From: Octopus sinensis
Taxonomy: Eukaryota
Assembly (NCBI RefSeq): GCF_006345805.1
Contig: NW_021824701.1
Coordinates: 1 to 45,693, forward strand
Reading direction: 5' to 3'
DNA: 45,693 nucleotides
The position numbers were made by a program, and so were the translations under genes. Below are positions 1 through 10,224 of this stretch, in pieces (position 1 is the stretch's first letter; every line of letters begins with the position of its first letter). The notes under the pieces were generated by a model. It saw only the letters and a list, made by a program, of their open reading frames with translations, did no database searches and was not told where the DNA came from.

Positions 1-210
1 TTGCTGATCAAGGCAACGCGGGAGTGTCATCTGTTTGCCGAACAAATGAGTGGGAAATAGTCGACTTTGCACAACATTCCAGGATTTCTGCAAGCTTGTA
101 CTAGGTTGTTTTTTTAATAGCTGGCATATTGAAACTAATTTCATCTGACACTGAGCAGAAGAAACTGCAACGCTGCTCTGTGACACACTCACACACATGT
201 ACTTTATGTG

Positions 211-270
<60 letters not shown>

Positions 271-610
271 CAAATTAGAGTATTAAACCTATTATGCAAC
301 TCAAAAGTATAAAAATGAATAATAATATATAATAAGTAAAAAAAACTACGTACGTTTCATGGCTACAATTAAATTCGAATTACAATTAAATTTAAATTTA
401 ATTGAAATAAATTCAATTTAAAATTATAGTCAATCTTCAAGTTAATAATAATAGTTAAATAGATAAGCAAATAGAGTTAAACAATATTTATTTAAAAATA
501 AATAAAATAATAATTTTTCTTATAGAAAAAACTCCATTAGCTAAATTTGAAACTTAAAACATTAGGATCAGTTTCCTACAACACATTTATTATGTTTATA
601 ATATTATAAT

Positions 611-641
<31 letters not shown>

Positions 642-842
642 ATATGCTATTTATTAAAGCTCAAAAAATGTTCACACTACTTTAAGAAATATATTACTCT
701 GCTTTTTCCACCTCATTTTCTATCAATGTGCTTACTTGTGTATGTATGAATGTGTGTGTGTGGATTCATCATGTTTAACCGTTGATCCCAACACATTTTA
801 TATTTTTTTATTCTCTCTACGTTTTTTTTTTTTTTTCTCATA

Positions 843-975
843 ATCCTTTCTGTCGAAGAGCGTAGGCTCGAATTGTCAAAGACTACAGCATTCTTCCAGA
901 GCGTTAAACTAATACACCTCCTTGTTGTTCCTTCACCTGTCTTCATATTTTGTGTTCTGTAAATTTGAACTCTAT
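843..975 (+). mobile_element. Repeat family F copy 1: probable Penelope-like terminal fragment with hammerhead-like motif
   Basis: Aligns by eye with the reverse complement of 8688-8816 (tcctttctgtNgaagagcgYaggctcgaa...gagcgttaWactaatac...cacctgtcttc). Penelope assignment is inferred from the hammerhead-like motif. Confidence 0.55.
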
Positions 976-1212
976 ATATATATATATATTTATTTCTTGC
1001 CCCTCGAAAGACTAAAAGGCAAAGTTTAACTCGACAAAATTCGAAACTCAAACACCCGAGTGGAAGCTGCTTACGGGAGCATTTCTTTCATTTTAGCTTA
1101 ACTGCGAAAAAATGGATTCTGTGTTTAAAGATTTAAATCGCAATCTGGACAAAAATCTACCTAAGCAGTTTTAATTCTACTCTCACTTTCTCTTTCTCAT
1201 TCCCTCGCTCCA

Positions 1213-1262
<50 letters not shown>

Positions 1263-1275
1263 CTTTCTCTCTCTC

Positions 1276-1313
<38 letters not shown>

Positions 1314-1429
1314 CACATACATATATGTGTGTGTTTGTATATGTATGTATGTATATATACATACACACACAGACATATATATATGTGTGTACGTGTGTGT
1401 ATGTATATATATATAATATGCATCATATA

Positions 1430-1485
<56 letters not shown>

Positions 1486-1857
1486 CATATAGGCTTCTGC
1501 ACACATCTACATATCTTCATTTTACTTCTACATAAATATATGTAAATATGAATATATATGCATATATGTACATTCGTTGTGTATATATATATATTACATA
1601 CAGATGTGTGCGCGCGCGTCGTCTGCTTGTGTGTGTGTCTATCTGTTTATCTGTCTATCTGCGTGCGTGCATGTGTGTGTGAGTCTGTGTGCGTCTGTGT
1701 GTGTGTATGTGTGTGTGTGCGTGTGCCTGTCCGTATATGACAAATATTACGAGAAGTTATATTGTTTTTTGATCTGGTAAGAGTCGTGGATTCAAGTTAC
1801 AAAAATAAGCAACTCTATAACATGTGATATACGTACACATATACATGCTATACACAA

Positions 1858-1895
<38 letters not shown>

Positions 1896-2557
1896 TAACA
1901 CATTCACATACACTCTCACACCCATACAGCTTCCTTTCTTTGACTTCTCTATATATTAAAAAGAAAATAATGAGAATTTAATAAACAACAAAATCTAATT
2001 TATCCAACATCTACTTGTATACATTTGGAGGGGGTGACACAATCTTTATTTATTCTTCAAGTTCTTGTTGTTCAATTTCAATTTTTTTCATTTTTAGTTT
2101 CGTTAGTACGTTTTTATTCGTAATTTTTCTGCTTGTTCTTTGTTTTTGCTGGAGTTATCTTCTCTTATTTTTTTGTCTTTTCCTTTCAACGTGTTTTCAC
2201 AAATTCATTCTTTAAAGTGTTCTCCAAGTAACTGTCTTCTACGTTCATTGCCAGATTCCGGGATTTTTTTCACTCATGATGTAACAGAAACGTCATTTCA
2301 GCTTATGTATTGCTTTTAAGAATTCCATCTCAGCTCAGTGCTTTCTGAAAGAAAATAAATAAAATAGATAGATAAGTAAATAAAAAAAATCACCACATCT
2401 GGTGAATATATGTGCATTCTCTCCTCTCTCCCACTTACTTACTCTCTCTCTTTTATCTCTCTGTAATATATATATATATATACATATATATGTATGTATG
2501 TATGTAGTATGTTATGTATGTATGTATGTATGTATGTATGTATGTATGTATATGTGT

Positions 2558-2601
<44 letters not shown>

Positions 2602-2671
2602 TATATATATACATTAATACACACACATACGTATATGTGTGTGTGAAGACATGACTATATATGTATGTAAT

Positions 2672-2712
<41 letters not shown>

Positions 2713-3044
2713 TATATTATATATATATGTATATATATATAGATATATCTTGTATGTATTTTTGAATGGCCATGTGCATACACACACACACACACAAGCA
2801 CCACAAACACACACCACACACACACACACACACACAGACACACACACACACATGTGTGTGCTCATTTTCTTCACTGATAATAATTTTACCCGAAATCAAA
2901 ACCACTAACTTAGTAGATTTTTCATTTGTCTTCCTAAATAGAATTTTTTCATGCCACATAAAATGTGACATGATAAATTGTGATGAAAAAATGTGGTTTC
3001 ACATGCGTACATCTGTCATTTTATCTGATATTATTTATTACTAT

Positions 3045-3958
3045 TAAGGCAGCGAGCTGGCGAATTGGTTAGCACATCGGGAAAATGCTTCGCAACGTGA
3101 GTTCAAATCTTGCCGAGGTTCACTTTACCTTTCATTTTTTTCCAGGTCGATAAAGTACGTACTAGTTGAGTACTGGGGTTGATATAATAAACTAGTCCCC
3201 TTCTTCAAAATTTCTGGCCTTGTGCCTAAAGTTGAGAGGATTATTTGTTGTTAGTAAAAGCGGTAAGGATTCTACCAAGGTAGACTTTGCCTTTCTTCCT
3301 TTTGGGGTCGATAAGATTAGTACAAATTGGGCTCTGGAGTTGATCTAATTGACTAACCCATTCTCTAAAAATATCAGGCCTTGTGGATTAAAAGCGGTGA
3401 GGTCGTAGAATCTTTAAGCGCATCGCGAAAAAATGTCTAGCGATGTTTGAACTCAGAACGTAAAAAACGTTCTGAGTTCAAATACCGCAGAGAACCCGTT
3501 TCAGGTCGATCAAATAAGAGTGTGTGGAGCACTGAGGTCACTGTAATCGACCTCCCGTCCCCTTAGAGTTGTTAGCCTTGTGCCAAAATCAGAAACTAGT
3601 GTTTGTTACTATTAAGGTGCTAGGTTGACAGAATCCTTTGAGCATCGGTTAAAATTGCCTTGAGGTACTTTTTCCGGCTCTTTACGTTCTAAGTTCAAAT
3701 CCCGCCGATGTCAACTTTGCCTTTGAAACTCCCGGACTTAATAAAGTGATGTACCAGTCAATGAGGTAGGATTTATTAGTCCCACCTCTAAAAAATGCTG
3801 GCCTTGTACCAAAATCGGAAATTTTCATTATGAGTTCAAATCCTTCCATCCATTCGGGGTCGACAAAATAAAGCACCAATCAAGTACTGGGTATCAATGA
3901 TATCGATTAACTCCCCGACCCTAAATTTGCTGACCTTGTGCCTAAATCATAAATCACT
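3045..3958 (+). mobile_element. Tandem cluster of about five SINE family B units
   Basis: Repeated tRNA-like heads (gagctggcagaatcgttag...gagttcaaat), body gtcgactttgcctttcatcctttcggggtcgataaaataagtac, and tail ggccttgtgcc. Units start near 3045, 3255, 3390, 3612 and 3830. Confidence 0.8.
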
Positions 3959-4059
3959 GTTTGGTACAACTCTAAGCTATTGTTATTGTCATCATTGATG
4001 GCGATGGTGGTGGTGTAGAAATGTATCTGCCCTTATCGTCAGATGGTAGTGATGGCGAC

Positions 4060-4265
4060 TGACCGGGATGGATGGGTTTATATTGCTGTTCAACCCTAAA
4101 GTCAACTCTGATCACTCTCCCTATGGACATGACCATCCTGTCGATTTTTTAAAAAATTTCTAAGACTACTTTGTCTAACGTTTACTTCCTTGTATTAAAA
4201 CGCTCAAGTACGTAATTTGAGATAGATTTGGTTGTTACTTTTAACAGGTTTCTACGACTACGTAA
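4060..4265 (+). repeat. Degenerate interspersed repeat (family E); related pieces near 29290-29660, 43350-43410 and 44355-44520
   Basis: Shared degenerate string atttgagaNagatttgg/tgctatttctagcag, seen at 4215-4248, near 44470-44510 and reversed at 29405-29450. Confidence 0.4.
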
Positions 4266-4559
4266 AGTCAACTTCAATTACTCGTCAACACTAGTAAAAT
4301 TGAGTTTGTAATTAAATTAATTAAATTCCTTATAACTAACTTACGTGCAAACAATGTCTGCCTTGGCTCGGGTCTGTTATTGTTTATCCTTGAATACTTG
4401 TGACCGAAATGGTGTCTTCGAAAGAATCTCTGAAGTAACGTTATTCGACATAGTGCATAGCTCGGAGATTATAGAGTCGCTTCAATTTGAGCCGCTACTT
4501 CTCTGTATTGAGAAGTCTCAGCTCTAGTACTATGAACCTGTGATTAGAATGTCGAAGGT

Positions 4560-4790
4560 ATTAACCTGCAAGACGGACTCGTCGAACTGAGCCAACGGAC
4601 AAGAGACTTAGGGGTAAAGTAAAAGCGAAATAGTTGGTCTCAGTTGGTCGTTCTTGGACATCCAGCAGAAAAGTCTAAACGACAATTGCTTCTGATAGGA
4701 CACATATGGATATGGTGTGAGGACTCCATGATCCTCCCAGGACTAGTGGACGACGAAAATAGATGGATAGAAAGCTCTACTTATTTAACA
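4560..4790 (+). mobile_element. Highly decayed RTE-type LINE 3' remnant
   Basis: Fragmentary translation RRTR...SKSEIV...WT...CEDSMILPGLVDDENRW resembles the RTE C-terminal motif RRTRHAGHCWRSKDE...WTP...CEDTG..EDLP.AM.DR..W. Needs several frameshifts. Confidence 0.35.
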
Positions 4791-4826
4791 ATGAAACTTT
4801 TATTGCGACAAGAGTAAATGAATCCT

Positions 4827-5048
4827 TATTTTTTTTTTACTGCCCACAAAGGGGCAACATACAGAGGGGACAAACAAGGACAGACAAACGGATTAAGTCG
4901 ATTATATCGACGCCAGTGTGTAACTGGTTCTTATTTAACCGACCCCGAAAGGATGAAAGGCAAAGTCGACCTCGGCGGAATTTGAACTCAGAACGTAACG
5001 CTAAGCATTTCGCCCGGCGTGCTAACGATTCTGCCAGCTCACCGTCTT
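4827..5048 (-). mobile_element. SINE family B, full length, tail type ii
   Basis: The reverse strand reads gacggtgagctggcagaatcgttagc...gagttcaaattccgccgaggtcgac...cttaatccgtttgtctgtccttgtttgtcccctctg...aaaaaa. Confidence 0.85.
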
Positions 5049-5329
5049 CCTGATGAGCTCTTCTATGACGAAACTAGTTGATTAGTCTACTATAATGAAT
5101 AGAATACATTATGAACATGATGCCAAAATTATTTCACTCACGAGATATTAGCTGAACCAAATTCAGAGTATAATGCACATGCGCAAGGTACTATACTGTA
5201 AGATCGAAATCACACAAAAATATCATGTACTGCCACTGAACAAACAATGAAAAAACGCGGGCTTCGGGTCGATGCTTTCTTTTACAACAGAACATTTCAG
5301 TTGGTCTACAGTTATATAAATGCAGGAGA

Positions 5330-5610
5330 CAGTAAAACCTGCAAAGTGCAGAGGTTCTTTTCTTTCCTACAATTCATTATAAACACGAAGCAACCGGTTG
5401 AACAAGGAAGGAGTTTTCTACGATTTTATTTATTTATGTATTTATTTATTCATTTATATGTTGTTGTTGTTGTTGTTGTTTTTCTATTACTAAATCTAGA
5501 GAAAGAAGCGAAGCTTTCGTAGATGGTGAATTCAATATTTTTTTGTTTGTGTTTGTGCGTCTATGTGTGTGATGGTTTTTGTTTTGTTTGGGTGGGAACG
5601 TGTCATATTT
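5330..5610 (+). repeat. Interspersed repeat family H; second copy inverted at about 8186-8500
   Basis: Shared blocks caaccggttgaacaag, cgaagcttt..ta.atgg.gaattcaat and ttgtttgggtgggaacg..tcatatttt. Confidence 0.6.
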
Positions 5611-6294
5611 TTTTCTGCTTATTTATGAATGTGTGGGGAGTAGTATGATATATGTGTGTGAACATGTATGTGGTATGTGTGTGAGTGCGTGTGTGTGTGT
5701 GTATGCCGATTGTACAGACTACACGAGTGTCTTTGTGTGGGACACTGGCATATTTGTGTGTGAAATGTATGTATGTATGTGTATGACATATATGCAGATA
5801 TATACATATATATTTATTCATATACATACATACGTAACTTTTCGGCACAGACTGTGTCTAACCTAAATGCAACACCTACAGTAGTTTATAAGCTATGTTT
5901 TGGGACATCACAGCTCACCCGAACAGGGAGTTGTTGCTTGCTGAGATGTAACAGGGGTTGAATTATTGTCTAGTATTTCTTGGAACTTTGTCTCAGGCCC
6001 GAGTGAAGGTAATGGGGATCTTTCTACTGATATCTCTTTTTGGTGGGGAGGGGTAATGTCAAACAAAGCAGAACGAGTTGAGGTATTTTCTCTCCTTTTT
6101 TCTGCGACTTTTCTTATCTTTTTCTTACGCCATTTCGTTTGTCCACAGATTAAACTGCAAATAGTCACGTGGCCTGTAGAGTAAGCATCTTTCGTCAATA
6201 GTTATAAGGAACAATCATACAGACTAATTAACATTACAGCAATAATTGCTGCTATACTGCTTAATTATGGATCTTCATATTACCTTTTGATTCG

Positions 6295-6472
6295 AGGGCG
6301 GTGAGCTGGCAGAGTCGTTAGCCCGCCGAGAAAAATACTTAGCAGCATTTCGTCCCGTCATTATGTTCTAAGTTCATCTTTTCAAGGCCGATGAAATAAG
6401 TACCAATTGCGCACTGGGGTCGATGTCATCGACTAGCCCCTACCCCAAAATTTCAGGCCTTATGCCTATATA
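6295..6472 (+). mobile_element. SINE family B
   Basis: ggcggtgagctggcagagtcgttagc head, ataagtacc...ggggtcgatgtcatcgact module, and tttcaggccttatgcc tail. Confidence 0.8.
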
Positions 6473-6657
6473 GCATTTTGGTTCTCATCACAATTTCCGA
6501 ACACTAATCCACCTTCGATATGTCTTATGAACATTTAAGATATATACGAATGCACAATTGACTATTACATCATCCGAAGAAATGACCAGAAAAACTCGGA
6601 TAAACTTTTTGTGAATTTTCTACTTTATCGTTCACACACTTTTAACTTCTTATATAT

Positions 6658-6806
6658 CAGGGCTGGCTCAAGGTACCAGCAACTCGGGCGCTATGTGCTA
6701 GGGGGCGCCAGGAAGGGCGTAATAAAGACAAGTTTCCACGACCGTCAACTTGTACACGCCGATATTCAGCTTGCCCGGGGCGCCAGCAATCCTAAAGCCT
6801 GCTCTG
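6658..6806. mobile_element. hAT-like MITE (149 bp)
   Basis: Imperfect TIRs CAGGGCTGGCTCAAGG / CCTAAAGCCTGCTCTG (12/16 match). The flanking 8-mers ttatatat and ttacttat match at 6/8. Internal subterminal ggggcgccag occurs twice. Confidence 0.55.
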
Positions 6807-6880
6807 TTACTTATACAGATAGACACACACGCACTCGCACACTCCCACACACAAGTATATTTTTGGTTTATAATTCGTGA

Positions 6881-7229
6881 CATTTCGTCAGTTACGACAA
6901 GGGTTCCAGTTGATCCGATCAACAGAAAATCCTGCTCGTGAAATTAACGTGCAAGTTGCTAAACACTCCACGGACACGTGTACCCTTAACGTGGTTCTCG
7001 GGGAGATTCAGCGTGACACAGAGTGTGACAAGGCTGGCCCATTGAAATACAGGTGCAACAGAAACAGGAAGAAAGAGTGAAAGAAAGTTGTGGTGAAAGA
7101 GTACAGCAGTTCGACACCACTCCCTGCCGGAGCGTCATGGAGTTTTAGGTTGTTTTCGCTCAATAAACATTCACAATCGAAACCGCGATCCTCCGACCGC
7201 GATTTCGCTGCCCTAACCACTGGGCCATT
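6881..7229 (-). mobile_element. Chimeric SINE: family C tRNA head and body joined to a family D 3' half
   Basis: 7229-7065 matches the head and body of 42594-42770. 7060-6881 matches the 3' half of the D copies at 27765-27925 and 45410-45580. Confidence 0.75.
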
Positions 7230-7427
7230 ATATATATAATATATAAACACACATAACATGAAGATGCATAAATACACTTGTATAAATATCTTAAACAAAG
7301 ACACATACGCACTATATACATATACATATATATATATATATACATATATATATACCGGAGTAAACACATAAATGTGAAACAAGGTGGAAAAAAGAGTACT
7401 CAAATACCAGTGGTAGAGTAATATGCT

Positions 7428-7571
7428 TTATTTTAAGCAGCAGAAAATTCAACAAAATTTGTTACTCTGAGTTTCTCGTTGCCGTTCATCAGACAGTTTT
7501 TGCTAGTCTGATGAACGGCAACGAGAACTCAGAGTAACAGATTTTGTTGAATTTTCTGCTGCTTAAAATAA
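7428..7571. ncRNA. Inverted duplication containing two minimal hammerhead-ribozyme motifs (Penelope-like terminal repeat)
   Basis: Arms 7428-7494 and 7506-7571 differ by one substitution and one 1-nt indel, around an 11-nt spacer. The minus-strand arm reads ctgt-CTGATGA-A-CG-GCAA-CG-A-GAAA-CTC-A-GAG-TA-aca. Confidence 0.7.
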
Positions 7572-7589
7572 TACATATATATATATATA

Positions 7590-7897
7590 TATCACGTGAT
7601 CACGTGACCGACCAGACCATCAGATGTTGTTACACATCGCTGGTCACAATGCGTTCGCATTGTTTTAGCCTTCGAATGACGCCACCCCGCTGGCTAAGCG
7701 AGCGAGCAGGCCAACAGAAGAAAGAGTGGGAGAAAGAGTGGTGAAAGAGTACAGCAGGGATCACCACCCCCTGCCGGAGCCTCGTGGAGCTTTTAGGTGT
7801 TTTCGCTCAATAAACACACACATCGCCCGGTCTGGGAATCGAAACCGCGATCCTGCGACCGCGAGTCCGCTGCCCTAACCACTAGGCTATTGCGCCT

Positions 7898-7900
<3 letters not shown>
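7590..7900 (-). mobile_element. SINE family C with an alternative 3' tail ending in (ATCACGTG)2
   Basis: The head tggaggcgcaatagcctagtggttagggcagcggactcgcggtcgcaggatcgcggtttcgattccc matches 42594 onward. The 3' part differs from the other C copies. Confidence 0.8.
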
Positions 7901-7955
<55 letters not shown>

Positions 7956-8654
7956 TATTGTATATATATTTATATTTATACATACATACACACACACATA
8001 CATACGAATGCGTGTGATTGTGTGTGTTTAACACATTTATGCAAAGTGTATCTTGTTATATTTATCATTTTATATGTATTAGTATATGCATTATTGTGTT
8101 TGTGTGCGTGTGTATGTATACATATATACATGCATAACATACATATACATATATACATGTATGCACATATACATTCGCAACTAAGAGTTAAAATATGATG
8201 CGTTCCCACCCAAACAAAGCAAAAACAAGATGGAGAAAGAAAGAAAATCACCTAAAAAACATTGAATTCGCCATTTACAAAAGCTTCGTCGTTTTCTCTT
8301 GCTCTTCCAGATTTTATAATGCAAAATCTGAAAATATAAACAAGATACATAAATAAATGATAGAGAAAGGTGGAGAACTCTCTTCTTGTTCAACCGGTTG
8401 GCGCGCGTTTGTCGTAAACTGTTCTGAAGAAAGGAGTAACTGTATGTTGCAGCCTTGAATATGCCTACTCCATTTATTTAACTGTTGACCGGCTGAATGG
8501 TACTGGCGCCATTATAGAACCACGTGTGAGCGTGTGTGTGTGTGTGTGTGTGGTGTGTGTGTGTGTGTGCGTGTGTTTGTATGTATGTGTACGCATATGT
8601 ATGGGTTCATGTATGTTTTTCTTGTAAATATATATACACACACACACATGTATG

Positions 8655-8687
<33 letters not shown>

Positions 8688-8689
<2 letters not shown>

Positions 8690-8816
8690 AGAATTCACGA
8701 AAAAAAACAAAAGACGAAGACAGGTGGTGTAGACAACAAACAGATGTATTAGTATAACGCTCATGAATTGAAAAAGTCTTATACGTTTCGAGCCTGCGCT
8801 CTTCCACAGAAAGGAA
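8688..8816 (-). mobile_element. Repeat family F copy 2 with hammerhead-like motif
   Basis: Reverse strand reads ccttt-CTGTGGA-A-GAGC-GCAG-GCTC-GAAA-CGTA-taagac. Homologous to 843-975. Confidence 0.55.
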
Positions 8817-8910
8817 CACAGAAAGAAACAAGGAGAGAAACAAAGAGAGAAACAAAAATGTGTGTAGTGGCTACCGATCTATCATGGCGACTTAACACAC
8901 ATACACATAT

Positions 8911-8986
<76 letters not shown>

Positions 8987-9034
8987 GGTTATGAGAGGTA
9001 ATAGTGTCTGTGAGACCCAAAGGTGTCAGGTAAT

Positions 9035-9290
9035 GCTGAATAAGTGCTATGGATAGACCATAGTTGAGTTCCAGGTTCGGTGATTATGCGAATAAGGGGT
9101 CCAATATTGGTCATATATCATGTGTATATAAAAAATTTCGTTTTTTTCCATAATGAGGTTAAAAACACCAAGGCTGTGTAGATTTCAGAACATTTATAAA
9201 TAGGTTTTACAGCTATTTCTAGGATATTTATTATATCCCTTCATCGGAGATGGCGTGAGAAGATGGTTAAGCAATAGTTAATTTAGATAA
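9035..9290 (-). mobile_element. Probable Penelope-like terminal fragment with degenerate hammerhead (9203-9252)
   Basis: Reverse strand reads tct-CCGATGA-A-GGGATA-taataaa-TATCCT-A-GAAA-TAGCTG-TA. Boundaries are approximate. Confidence 0.45.
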
Positions 9291-9392
9291 GATACGAAGT
9301 AGAGAGTGAGGTGGAGGAATGAAAATAGATGTGAGATATGCAGGGGTATTGTATTTGTAGATCCATATATATATGTATATATATATATATAT

Positions 9393-9464
<72 letters not shown>

Positions 9465-9511
9465 TATATATATATACATACATATATGAAAACAGAAAAC
9501 GAAAAAATCGA

Positions 9512-9556
9512 AGACCATGTGGTTGGTAAGCCAGCTACTTACCACACAGCCACTCC
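9512..9556 (-). mobile_element. SINE family A head fragment
   Basis: Reverse strand reads ggagtggctgtgtggtaagtagctggcttaccaaccacatggtc. Confidence 0.75.
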
Positions 9557-9795
9557 AAGCAGTTTCATAATGTATTTGAATACAGTACTTCTTTTATTAA
9601 TATCTTTTCACCAAATGGTTACATATTTTGCTGATTTAAAATGGCGCCTTTCGTAAATCTTGCTTGCTGAAGTATATACAAACATAGACACAAGTACGCA
9701 TGTCTGTTTATGTTTATCTACGCCTCTATAGCTCTTAAATAATGGCTTTTTGAATACGTAATTCTAATCACAAAATTATTCTAACCTTCGTTCCG

Positions 9796-9829
<34 letters not shown>

Positions 9830-9947
9830 TGTATGTATGTATGTATGTATGTATGTATGTATGTATGTATGTATGTATGTATGTATATGTATGTGCGTCT
9901 GTATATATATGTGTGTGTATGTATATATATATACATATATATATATA

Positions 9948-10224
9948 AGCGTGACCGCGTGATAAAAAGCTTGCTTCCCAGCCACAAGGTCCCGGGTTCA
10001 GTCCAACTGTGTTCGACTTTGGATGTCTTCTACTATAGACCAAAGCCTTGTAAGTGGATTTCGTAGATGGAAACTGAAACAATCCCGTCGTATATATGCA
10101 TATATCTATGTGTGAGAGTATTTATGTCTGTTTGTTTTCCCCATCACCGCTTGACAACCGGTTTTGGTGTGTTTACGTCCCCGTAACCTAGTTGTTTGGC
10201 GAAAGGAAAAGGTAGACTAAGTAC
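9948..10224 (+). mobile_element. SINE family A, ending abruptly at taagtact
   Basis: Head, CORE-like body and internal microsatellite are present. The terminal tail is absent. Confidence 0.8.

Noticed and set aside
121-200. Possible exon after ttttttaatag (GILKLISSDTEQKKLQRC)
   Set aside because: Short, no recognisable homology, weak donor.
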